Positions 1 through 9,307 of a stretch of 30,037 nucleotides of DNA are shown here, one piece after another. Source of the stretch: Promethearchaeota archaeon (GTDB lineage Archaea; Asgardarchaeota; Lokiarchaeia; Sigyniarchaeales; SOKP01); NCBI GenBank assembly GCA_016926735.1, contig JAFGOA010000058.1, positions 1-30,037 of the forward strand, written 5' to 3'. The number at the start of each line of letters is the position of its first letter. The stretch's first letter is position 1. The notes below the pieces were generated by a model. The model was given only the letters and a program-made list of their open reading frames with translations, was not told where the DNA came from and searched no databases. A program made the translations under genes and the position numbers.

Positions 1-351
1 ATTTAAGAAATCACTCTTATTAACAAAGGTGATGAATTGAGACTATATAAAAAAATGAACTATCAATCAGATTTATCTCTTTTCTACCTTCTTATCATTT
101 ATTATTATAGAAATGAAATTTGACTTCTTAAAAAATCAAATTCCTAATTATAAAACCTCTGTGAATTGAGAATTATACAAATCATAATAAAATGATTTTC
201 TATAATAAACAGACTAACTCGTTAAAGAAATGATTGTGTACTGGCGGGATGCTACAATCTTTAAAATGTTTATAGCTCTCCTGTTTCTTTAAACACAATT
301 ATATAAATTTTTTATTTTATAATATAAAATATAAAAAAGAATAAAATAAAT

Positions 352-1131
352 TTGTTAGATTTAAAAGATAGAATTAAAATACAGAAAATTAGTACATATT
401 TACTTGATTCTTCTAATGCAATCGCTTTAACAGGAGCAGGAATATCAACAAATTCTGGGATCCCACATTTTAGAGGAAAGGGAGGAATATGGGATATATA
501 TAAACCAGAAATATATGGTAACATCGAAGCATATCAAAAAAATCCAGAAAAATTTTGGAAAATGGCTGAAAAAATAGCTCCAAAATTATTTTCAGCGAAG
601 CCTAATCCGGGACATTACGCGTTGGCAGAGTTAGAGAAGATGAATATTATTAAAGGTATTATAACTCAAAATATAGATCAATTGCATCATAAAGCAGGTT
701 CTATAATAGTATATGAGGTACATGGTAATATTAATCATTTTATTTGTCTTAATTGTAAAAAAACCTACTCTAAAAAAGAAATTTCAAAGATAAAAAAGAA
801 AAATCTATTAATACCACCAAGATGTAAAATATGCCAATCACCACTAAAACCTTCTGTAATTTTATTTGGAGAAACATTACCTTCATTCGAATATTTTAAG
901 TCTAAAGAGCTTGTAGCAAAAGCAGATATTTTACTAGTTGCAGGTTCATCTCTTTCAGTAAATCCTATAGCAACCTTTCCATTACATACGTTAAAAAATG
1001 GAGGAAAATTAATCATTATAAATGATGAACCAACTTATTTGGATGATAAAGCAGATATAGTGATTATCAATAAAACTGAGATTATATTACCATTAATTTT
1101 AGAACAAATTAAAAAAGAGAGATTTAAATAA
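352..1131 (+). CDS. cobB: NAD-dependent protein deacylase, Sir2/CobB family
   Basis: Motifs TGAGIS..SGIPxFRG, PNPGH, ITQNIDxLH, EVHGN, Zn-binding CxxC...CxxC, LKPSVILFGE, GSSLSVxP. TTG start. Confidence 0.95.
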   Translation: MLDLKDRIKIQKISTYLLDSSNAIALTGAGISTNSGIPHFRGKGGIWDIYKPEIYGNIEAYQKNPEKFWKMAEKIAPKLFSAKPNPGHYALAELEKMNIIKGIITQNIDQLHHKAGSIIVYEVHGNINHFICLNCKKTYSKKEISKIKKKNLLIPPRCKICQSPLKPSVILFGETLPSFEYFKSKELVAKADILLVAGSSLSVNPIATFPLHTLKNGGKLIIINDEPTYLDDKADIVIINKTEIILPLILEQIKKERFK

Positions 1132-1209
1132 TTTATAATTTAATTCTGAATTATTTAAATAAATACTAAATCTTTTATTATTTCAACTATATGTCAAATC
1201 TGTTTAAAA

Positions 1210-2799
1210 ATGAGATATGAATATAATGCAATAATAAAACCTTGGGATAATATTGATTTAACATTTGGATTAGTATATCCTAATATTTATGAAATTGGAT
1301 TGTCATCTTATGCAATTCGTTTCCTATATTCATATATTAATTCATTTGATAATATTGTATGTGAACGGATCTTTCTTCCAAAAAATATCAGATTTCCTGC
1401 ATCTAAAGATCTTCAAACTGAAGAAATATTAAACAGTATTGAAAATAAAATCCATCCAAAATTATTTGATATTTTAGGCTTTTCTGTCCAATTTGAAAAT
1501 GATATTAGAAATATATTTTGGATTTTAGAAAAATCAGGAATACCAATTTCATATAAAATAAGAATGAAAGAAAGAATTGAAAATAATAAATCTTATCCAT
1601 TAATAATTGGAGGTGGTCCAGTAATTACTTCTAATCCCATCTCATTAGGTAAAGTTTTTGATCTTACTTTTATAGGTGATGCTGAGCCAAATTTAGAATC
1701 CTTTCTCAAATCTTATATTGATTATAAACCTATGAAGACTGATCTTAGTAATTATTTACAGAATTTATCTAAAATACAAGGTATATACATTCCTTCGGTT
1801 AAAAATAGAGTTCAAAGAGCAGTAATAAAAAACATAGATCATTCAGAAATACCAAATTATCAATTAAGAGCAGATTCAAAAACAGAAAAAAAAGCATTTG
1901 AAGATAGCTTTTTTATTGAAATTAATAGAGGTTGCCCGTATCAATGTAAATTTTGCATTTCTTCGTATCATAATTCACCTTTTAGAAATAGAAGTGTTGA
2001 AAATATAAAAAAAGTTATTTATAATGCCATAAATTCTCAAAAAATAGACACTATTAGCCTGATAGGATCTTGTGTTTCTATACATCCTAAATTTTATGAA
2101 ATTTGTGAATTGATTATTAAAAATAATATAAGATTAACAATTCCATCTTTAAGAATTGACCATCTTACAGACAAAATCATCGAAATACTTGAAAATGCTA
2201 AAATAAAAACAATAACAGTCGCTCCAGAAACAGGCTCAGATGAATTAAGATATAATCTAGGTAAAAAATTCCCAAATTCTCAAATTCTGGATACAATACT
2301 TAAAATTAAACAATCAAAAATTTCAAATATTAAATTATACTTTTTAATTGGATTACCAAATGAAAGTGAAGAGGATATTGATGCAATGATTAAATTAATT
2401 AAAGATATTGAGAATCTAGGTTTTAATAAGAATTCTATTAAAATAAATATAAACCCCCTCATTCCAAAATTAAATACACCCTATGAAAAACAAATAGATT
2501 GGTATATCGACGATCAATTACTAATATTAAAAAAGAGAATAAAAAAAATTGAAAAGGAACTTAAAAATATAGCTTCAATCAATTTAAAAATAAAAAAAAT
2601 AAATGATCTTATAAAAAATGCAAAACTACAGACTTTAATTTCATTAGGAAATAAAGATGTATGCTCACTATTAATAAATTATTATCATAATGGAGCAAAT
2701 TTTGGTGCTTTAAGAAGAGCAGAAAAAGAACTTGAATTTTCTATTGATAATTATTTTAAAAAAATTAAAAATTGTTATAATCCTTGGGTATTAAAATAA
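1210..2799 (+). CDS. Radical SAM protein with N-terminal B12-binding-like region (COG1032-like)
   Basis: EINRGCPYQCKFC (CxxxCxxC), IIGGGP, IGDAE, SLRID, TVAPETGS, KLYFLIGLPNE. Substrate unknown. Confidence 0.88.
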   Translation: MRYEYNAIIKPWDNIDLTFGLVYPNIYEIGLSSYAIRFLYSYINSFDNIVCERIFLPKNIRFPASKDLQTEEILNSIENKIHPKLFDILGFSVQFENDIRNIFWILEKSGIPISYKIRMKERIENNKSYPLIIGGGPVITSNPISLGKVFDLTFIGDAEPNLESFLKSYIDYKPMKTDLSNYLQNLSKIQGIYIPSVKNRVQRAVIKNIDHSEIPNYQLRADSKTEKKAFEDSFFIEINRGCPYQCKFCISSYHNSPFRNRSVENIKKVIYNAINSQKIDTISLIGSCVSIHPKFYEICELIIKNNIRLTIPSLRIDHLTDKIIEILENAKIKTITVAPETGSDELRYNLGKKFPNSQILDTILKIKQSKISNIKLYFLIGLPNESEEDIDAMIKLIKDIENLGFNKNSIKININPLIPKLNTPYEKQIDWYIDDQLLILKKRIKKIEKELKNIASINLKIKKINDLIKNAKLQTLISLGNKDVCSLLINYYHNGANFGALRRAEKELEFSIDNYFKKIKNCYNPWVLK

Positions 2800-2809
2800 A
2801 AGAAAATTA

Positions 2810-3313
2810 TTATTCAATTTTATTGAAAACTTTTTTTACAGCACCGCACACAGGACATTTATCTGGAACTTCACCCGCAATTGTATATCCACAAATAGGA
2901 CATACATAAATATCTTCTTCTTTTAATTTAACTCCACTTTCAGCAGCTTTCAATGCTTTAGAATATAATTCATGATGAACCTTTTCTACTTGATTTGCAT
3001 AATCAAAAGTTCTTAAAGCTTTTTCATCTTTTTCTTCCTTGGCTTCTTTCATAAATTGTGGATACATCTCTGTAAATTCGTAATGTTCTCCTTCAATAGC
3101 TTCTTTTATGTTTTCTATAGTGGATTTGATACCACCTAAAACTTTTAAGTGATTATGAGCATGTATAGTTTCTGCTGCTGCTGCTGCTTTAAATATTTTT
3201 GCAATTTGAAGAAATCCGTCTTGTTCTGCTTTTTTAGCAAAAGCCAAATATTTTCGATTTGCTTGACTTTCTCCAGCAAAGGCTGTTTTCAAATTTTTTT
3301 CTGATTTTGTCAT
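2810..3313 (-). CDS. rbr: Rubrerythrin
   Basis: NLKTAFAGESQANRKY, ExxH diiron motifs (ETIH, EKVH), C-terminal rubredoxin CPICG...CPVCG. Confidence 0.95.
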   Translation of the reverse strand: MTKSEKNLKTAFAGESQANRKYLAFAKKAEQDGFLQIAKIFKAAAAAETIHAHNHLKVLGGIKSTIENIKEAIEGEHYEFTEMYPQFMKEAKEEKDEKALRTFDYANQVEKVHHELYSKALKAAESGVKLKEEDIYVCPICGYTIAGEVPDKCPVCGAVKKVFNKIE

Positions 3314-3437
3314 TATAAATACTTATTTTTGAATTTAATTATAACATACTAGATAATATTTTAAATTAGTTATTATGTTCCATAAATAATGTTATTAAGT
3401 AATTATTTTTTATAATATAGGAGATATTCTACAGTCT

Positions 3438-4238
3438 TTAGTTAATCATTTTTATTAGATTTCTAATTGATTTTATTATTTTTCTTGAAATATGTTCTAC
3501 AATACCAAACGGGGTTTTAATATCAAATATTAAGATAATAAAATACGATTGGTCTATATATTCTGTATATATTATCTCTTTTTGTGAAGTAAAAAATAAT
3601 CTTAAGATAGAGTTATTGTAAATCTTAATCCTAAAATTGATTTTTTTTAATAATTGTTTCAATCTAATTGAAGCAATAGAGCTATATATAATTTGGTCTT
3701 TATTTGTTAGCATAATAATCCCTTCTAATTCATCTTTTAATTGAAGCGATTTTAAATGATCCAATAACTTCATCTCTTTATTATTATTAATTTTGGTAAA
3801 ATTTTTTCTGACTAAATCATCGATAAAAATATTTATATTATCATCTCTAATACATTCTACATTAGTATTAATTTTATTATCTATAACATAGTTCCTAAGA
3901 CATTCATCAATTTTATTTGTATATTTTCTAATTATTGATAGATCTTGATCTGAATTGCATAAAAATCCATAAAAAAAAATATCACGTTGAAATATGATAA
4001 TTTTTACTGAATTCATGTTTACAGTTTTTAATTTTTTTCCTACCATTTCTTGAGAAAAGGATATAATAGCAGAACAAAATGCAGAAATAAGATTATCATT
4101 CATTCTAAATTGATTTGTAAAATTACGACTATAAAGACAAATTCCAGCTCTATTAAATACAAAGAGATAATGGATATTAAATAGATCAATTACTTGATTA
4201 ATATCATTTGTTATTAAAGAATTATCCATTAAAGTCAT
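3438..4238 (-). CDS. Longin-domain protein fused to a C-terminal roadblock/LC7-like domain (Asgard eukaryotic-signature type)
   Basis: N-terminal HYLFVFNRAGICLYSRNF...LISAFCSAIISFSQEM has the longin pattern. C-terminal LEGIIMLTNKDQIIYSS...FIILIFDIKTPFGIV has the roadblock pattern. Recognised by eye. Confidence 0.7.
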   Translation of the reverse strand: MTLMDNSLITNDINQVIDLFNIHYLFVFNRAGICLYSRNFTNQFRMNDNLISAFCSAIISFSQEMVGKKLKTVNMNSVKIIIFQRDIFFYGFLCNSDQDLSIIRKYTNKIDECLRNYVIDNKINTNVECIRDDNINIFIDDLVRKNFTKINNNKEMKLLDHLKSLQLKDELEGIIMLTNKDQIIYSSIASIRLKQLLKKINFRIKIYNNSILRLFFTSQKEIIYTEYIDQSYFIILIFDIKTPFGIVEHISRKIIKSIRNLIKMIN

Positions 4239-4638
4239 ATCTAATTTTTAAAATTAAACTATAAAAAAACCTCTTTTCTAGATCAAAAAATGATAAAATA
4301 TGTTGAAATTGAATTCTTATATGTTATCTTAATATAGAAAGAATAATATAGTCTTTTTAGCAAGAATATGTTATTAAATTATACTTTAAGCTAGAAGCAT
4401 ATAGAAGAATTATTTATAATCTTTTCTAAATTAATAGAATCAGTTTAAGATAATTATAATGCATAATTCTAAAGAGATTACTTATAGGACACATATTTTT
4501 TAATATTTGCTATTTTTACAAAATGGGTTTTTGAATCTATTATTAACATTCTATGATAACTTTACCTCTAAATTTAAATACAAGCATGATAAATAAATAA
4601 TTAAAGTACTATAAAAAACATAACAAAAATTAACTATT

Positions 4639-4643
4639 GGAGG
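4639..4643 (+). promoter_or_regulatory. Shine-Dalgarno site of the histone gene
   Basis: GGAGG 8 nt upstream of ATG 4652. Confidence 0.7.
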
Positions 4644-4651
4644 AATAAAAA

Positions 4652-4882
4652 ATGGCTAAAAAACCTGCTGCTGCTGGTGCTGCTAAAAAACCAGCTTCTG
4701 GCGGTGATGTGTTATTTGTCAAAAGTAAAATCAGAGATTATATCAAATCAAAAGGTTGCAATACAAGTGGAGATGTAATCGATGGTAAAGTCTTAAATGA
4801 TAGACTTATAGAATTAATTGACAAAGCAGTCGCCAGAGCTAAAGCAAACGGCAGAAAAACTGTTCAAGAAAAAGATCTTTAA
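4652..4882 (+). CDS. Short histone-fold protein (truncated alpha3; face-to-face/DUF1931-like) with N-terminal Lys/Ala/Pro tail
   Basis: LFVKSKIRDYIK...TSGDV...LIDKAVARAKANGRKTVQEKDL contains the histone L2 RKTVxxxD motif. The protein ends right after it. Tail MAKKPAAAGAAKKPASGG. Confidence 0.88.
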   Translation: MAKKPAAAGAAKKPASGGDVLFVKSKIRDYIKSKGCNTSGDVIDGKVLNDRLIELIDKAVARAKANGRKTVQEKDL

Positions 4883-4910
4883 ATTTAATAACTAAAGATC
4901 CAATAATCAA

Positions 4911-4946
4911 TTTTTATGTTTTTTTTTTTCTTTTTTTACTTCTTTT
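4911..4946 (+). terminator. Oligo(T) archaeal terminator of the histone gene
   Basis: Long T tracts start about 30 nt after the stop codon. Confidence 0.55.
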
Positions 4947-5141
4947 ATAGTATAAGATAATTCACTAATTCATCAAGGTCTTAGTGTTAAAATTGATTGT
5001 ATATATTAATTAGAATTATACACACACAATCTTTTTTAAAAAAGAAAAGAGAATTAAAGATAGATTTCTAAAAAAAATCGCACCTTTTATATCCCTCACT
5101 TTTTTAATTTTAAATAAAAATTCTCTTTTCTTTTCAATTCT

Positions 5142-5666
5142 TTATGTTTCATCATCAATTTTATCAATAATAAAAAATCCTATTGATAAAACACTTCTTA
5201 ATTGTTCCAAATTCTCTTTTAATTTATTAACCCTATCAAATGGTCCTGAAACCGCAATTATTTCCAAACATTTTTCAAATTGAAGATGAATGTGCATTTT
5301 AGAAATGATCACATCTGTATAGTGATGTTGTATTTCATTATTTAGAATTAAATCTGTTTGATGAACATTTGCATAAATAGGGCGAGAACTATAATCATGC
5401 TCATGATAAAGAATTCCCTTATCATGATTTTTATTATGTTCATGATTAAGGTCATCAATGAAATGTTTATGGCTCATTATAAGAGAAATACAACCAATAA
5501 CATTGCTAGAAATTTTTGATATATTCTCTTGACTGGATAAATAGCTATACATGGCTTTTCTTACAGCATCAGAACGAGAAATATTTAATTCTTTTCTATA
5601 TTTTTCGAATTCATCATATAAATCTTGAGGTAATGAAACTGTAAAACGTTTATATTCTTCACTCAT
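5142..5666 (-). CDS. nikR: Nickel-responsive regulator NikR with His-rich insertion
   Basis: Ribbon-helix-helix RFTVSLP...SRSDAVRKA. Ni-site IQHHY...MHIHL...CLEII. Extra His-rich segment HKH...HEHNKNH...YHEHD. Confidence 0.92.
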   Translation of the reverse strand: MSEEYKRFTVSLPQDLYDEFEKYRKELNISRSDAVRKAMYSYLSSQENISKISSNVIGCISLIMSHKHFIDDLNHEHNKNHDKGILYHEHDYSSRPIYANVHQTDLILNNEIQHHYTDVIISKMHIHLQFEKCLEIIAVSGPFDRVNKLKENLEQLRSVLSIGFFIIDKIDDET

Positions 5667-5713
5667 TTTTCTTACATTTTAATTATAAAATTCCAACATT
5701 TATTATATAAAAA

Positions 5714-6448
5714 TTATTTTCTTAAAAAAATAGCAATTGGAACACTTGCTTCTCTCCATTGAGCTATTTTTCCAGAATACTCAAAATTCATTTTTGAGCG
5801 CCCATGATCACCCATTATAATCATTAAAGAATTTTGTCTTAATTGTTTATAATTACTTATAAGCCATTTATCAGTTCTATTAATGAGTTTTTCAATTAAA
5901 TCCTCTGGGGTTTGTTGTCTTAATCTTTGTTGTTGTTTGTGTAAATTTTCAAAATCTAAATAGTGCATCCATGATAGATCATATTTATTTATAGCTTTTG
6001 CAGATTCGATCCAAGTTGCCATATCTGTTTCTTTAGGAATTGATGTTGTTCCTTCTGCATATCTTTCAAGATCCTTCTGTCTAGCAACAAAACAAGTCTT
6101 TTTCCCATTATTATTCATATATTTTAAAAGATGAAATCCATTTGGTTCGACTTGGAACCCACCATACATTATTTGATGTAATACTCCAAGAGTATATGGA
6201 TTCTTTGTACTTAATAATAACATCGCTTCAGAATTAGTTATCATAAATGAGGGTTTAAAATAAGTTATCTCAAATAATCCAAAATTATCTAAAAGATTTA
6301 TGCTAATTCTCTCAATTCCCTTATACATATTAACTATAGATTCAACAGGTTTTGGGATTATATCCGTAGGATAACTAATTCCAAATAACTCTAGAAGAGT
6401 TGCTGGTACTTGTGAAAGATATCCTTTTAAAGTTTTAAGTTCACTCAT
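5714..6448 (-). CDS. Divergent alkaline-phosphatase-superfamily (nucleotide pyrophosphatase-like) protein
   Basis: VPATLLELFGI, LLDNFG (cf. LxDGxG), IIMGDHG, C-terminal E..VP motif. Short for the family. Confidence 0.55.
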   Translation of the reverse strand: MSELKTLKGYLSQVPATLLELFGISYPTDIIPKPVESIVNMYKGIERISINLLDNFGLFEITYFKPSFMITNSEAMLLLSTKNPYTLGVLHQIMYGGFQVEPNGFHLLKYMNNNGKKTCFVARQKDLERYAEGTTSIPKETDMATWIESAKAINKYDLSWMHYLDFENLHKQQQRLRQQTPEDLIEKLINRTDKWLISNYKQLRQNSLMIIMGDHGRSKMNFEYSGKIAQWREASVPIAIFLRK

Positions 6449-6596
6449 TGAAATTCAAACCAAATTATTAAAAATTTTAAAATGATCTTACAATTCTTAT
6501 TATTATAATTATAATAATATCAATTTAATTATTTTTGTATATAAATTTATATTTATTAAATAAGAAAGAATAATATGAAATAAAGAAAGAAAGGAT

Positions 6597-6836
6597 ATGA
6601 ACGCTAAAAAAAAGATTGAGTTAATTGATAATATTTTAGAAAGATGGGAAGAAATGTCATGTTTATATTGTGGTGGGACTCTAAACAAAGATATGGCAGA
6701 TGAAGACTATGATGATATGAATTCAGATACATATTGCCAATATTGTGGAAAAGATATTGATCCCTATGATGATTGGGATAATGAATGTCTAAAAGCCATC
6801 GAAAAAGTTCTGAATAATGAGAGATTTAAACCTTAG
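6597..6836 (+). CDS. Small acidic Zn-ribbon protein
   Basis: CLYCG...CQYCG pair. Purine-rich SD-like sequence upstream. Confidence 0.75.
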   Translation: MNAKKKIELIDNILERWEEMSCLYCGGTLNKDMADEDYDDMNSDTYCQYCGKDIDPYDDWDNECLKAIEKVLNNERFKP

Positions 6837-6925
6837 AGATCATTAATATGAATATTCTGATATTTTATTTTAAAAGGAACTCATAATTCATAATTAAACC
6901 ATATGAAAATGAAAAATTTTCGATT

Positions 6926-8218
6926 TTGGAGGTAAATATTATTAATTTATTATATATTGATATGACAAATTCTGGAATATCGGGAGATTTATTTTTATCA
7001 GCCCTTTTAGAATTAGTACCTAATTCAGAAGATATATTGAAAAATCTATCATCATTAAAGGAAATTGTATCTGGAGTTTCACTACTAAAAATTGAATTGA
7101 AAAAGATAAAAAGAAATGATATTGTTCTAAATCAATTAAAGATTGATTTAAAAGAGAAAAAACAACATAGATCAATAAATGAACTCAGGAATAATTTAAA
7201 TAAATATATTGATGATAATCTATTTTCTGAATCTGCAAAGAGTTATGCTAATAATGTACTTAATTCTTTAATATCAGCTGAGGCTCTTGTTCATGATAAA
7301 TTGGAAGAAAAAATACACTTACATGAATTAAGTTCTGTTGATACATTAATTGATATATTAGGAGTAAGTAAATGTTTAGATGAATTAGGAGCATTTGATA
7401 ATGATTTTAAAATTTATTGCAGTGTTATCCCTCTTGGAGGTGGTACTATAAATAGTGCCCATGGAAAAATTCCCATACCAGCACCTGCATCTATTAAGAT
7501 TTTAGAAGATTCTGATTTAAAAATTCTTTTGGGACCAGTAGAAGAAGAATTAAGTACCCCTACAGGAGTCGCTTTAATTAAAAACTTAAATCCTATTATT
7601 GAAAATCCCTCATTTATTATAGATAAATGTGCTAATAGTACCGGACAAAAGAAAATTCAATCATTTTTGAATACATTAAGATTATATAAGGGTAGGTTTA
7701 AAGAAAAAAAGGATTGGGAGGAGTCATCTTCATTATTTCAATATAATGAAACAATTTCAGTTATAGAAACGGATATTGATGATATATCAGGAGAAATTAT
7801 CGGAGATTTTATAGATAAAATAGAAAAAGATAAAATATTAGATATACAAGTTATTCAAACATTGACAAAAAAAAATCGTCCGGGTTTTATAATTAAAATA
7901 TTGACAAATTCTAACTATAAAGCTGATATTATAAAAATGATAATTAATAATTTAGGAACACTTGGAGTCAGATATTATGATGCAAATAGAATTTGTATTG
8001 AAAGAAAAATTGATACACTTAAAATAACAATAGATGATATTGAGTATCTTATTCACTACAAACTATCATATTATATGATAGATAATGAAAAGAAAATAGT
8101 AAATATTAAACCAGAATATAATGATCTTAGGGAGTTAAGTAAAATTACTAAATATTCTGTCAGGGAACTACAATCTATTTTCCAGATTGAACTTTCTAAA
8201 ATTTTAAATGCTAATTAA
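6926..8218 (+). CDS. larC: Nickel-pincer cofactor nickel insertase LarC
   Basis: LYID...SGISGD, AEALVH...IHLHE...VDTLIDI, HGKIPIPAPA, ELSTPTG, ETDIDD, TKKNRPG, GTLGVR, KPEY. Exact start uncertain. Confidence 0.95.
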   Translation: MEVNIINLLYIDMTNSGISGDLFLSALLELVPNSEDILKNLSSLKEIVSGVSLLKIELKKIKRNDIVLNQLKIDLKEKKQHRSINELRNNLNKYIDDNLFSESAKSYANNVLNSLISAEALVHDKLEEKIHLHELSSVDTLIDILGVSKCLDELGAFDNDFKIYCSVIPLGGGTINSAHGKIPIPAPASIKILEDSDLKILLGPVEEELSTPTGVALIKNLNPIIENPSFIIDKCANSTGQKKIQSFLNTLRLYKGRFKEKKDWEESSSLFQYNETISVIETDIDDISGEIIGDFIDKIEKDKILDIQVIQTLTKKNRPGFIIKILTNSNYKADIIKMIINNLGTLGVRYYDANRICIERKIDTLKITIDDIEYLIHYKLSYYMIDNEKKIVNIKPEYNDLRELSKITKYSVRELQSIFQIELSKILNAN

Positions 8219-8348
8219 ATCAATAACCATATTAGAAAAAAAAGAAAAAAAAGAAATTTTAGAATAATCTGAATTTGATACTCTAATCTGAAAATTATAT
8301 AAATACCAATTCCACGATATTCTAAATTTAACCAAAATGGTTTCTTAT

Positions 8349-8870
8349 TTAATATTCATCAACATGAAACTTATGTAATATAAAATCTTCTTCTACAGCT
8401 TCCTTAGAATAATCCTTAAGAATTTTAATTTTTTTCTCAATATCTTTTACATTCTTAATTTTTCCTAATTTTTGAAAAATATCCTTTGCTTCATCATAAG
8501 ATTTAAGACATTCCTCAAAATCTCCACTAACCACTAAATCTTCAGCCATAAATAGAAGGCCTTCTCCCACTTCTTTTTTTTTACCTAATTCTCTTTGAAT
8601 CCTTAATGATAATCGATGATGTTTTAAACTATCTGGATATTTTTTAAATATTGAATAAGTTCTACCCATATCTCTTAAGAGTATGGCTTCCTCATCCCTT
8701 AGTCCTTTTTCTTTACAGAAATTAAGTACAATCTTGAGAAAATCAATATATTCTTTATGATCTCTACTATGATCTATATTATGAATAAATTTCTCATAAG
8801 TTTCAAGAGTACTTTTGATATCTCCGCTTTTAAAAAAATCTTTTGACCTTTTAAAAAGATCATCACCCAT
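8349..8870 (-). CDS. TPR-repeat protein
   Basis: Helical repeats EAILLRDMGRTY...SLRIQRELGKK and GEGLLFMAEDL...AKDIFQKLG. ATG 8870 preferred over the track start 8891. Confidence 0.75.
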   Translation of the reverse strand: MGDDLFKRSKDFFKSGDIKSTLETYEKFIHNIDHSRDHKEYIDFLKIVLNFCKEKGLRDEEAILLRDMGRTYSIFKKYPDSLKHHRLSLRIQRELGKKKEVGEGLLFMAEDLVVSGDFEECLKSYDEAKDIFQKLGKIKNVKDIEKKIKILKDYSKEAVEEDFILHKFHVDEY

Positions 8871-9307
8871 AATTGCGACCATCAGTCTCAACTACGATTA
8901 TTTTTCAAATTTTATTTTTTTGTTTTTAAATATTTATCTAAAAATAGTACAATATGTATTATAATCAACTATATATTTATAATTATTCTTCTTTAAAAAT
9001 ATAGCTTATATATCTAAAAAGGGATAATTTAAGGAAGTGAAAATTATATTACTTAAAGAAGAATTTCATTCAAATAGATATTTTAGTAAAAGGTAGTTGA
9101 ATTAATGAAAGAGGAAATTCATTTGAAAGAGGAAATAAATAAATCTTGAAACTTAAATTGATTTTTAATTTTCCAAATAACACAAATCAAAATACTTTAA
9201 TAAATCTAAAAACCACTAATGAGTTAAGATTAAAAAAAGTTTTTTTCTTTAAATATAATTAAAATAAAATCCTATATTCAATAATTAAAATTATAATATG
9301 ATGATTT

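Noticed and set aside
352-1131. Sir2 as a Thoeris/DSR anti-phage NADase
   Set aside because: It has the Zn domain and motifs of housekeeping CobB sirtuins and no defence partners.
9106-9136. Tandem TGAAAGAGGAAAT x2
   Set aside because: Two short purine-rich copies with no other support, probably a local duplication.
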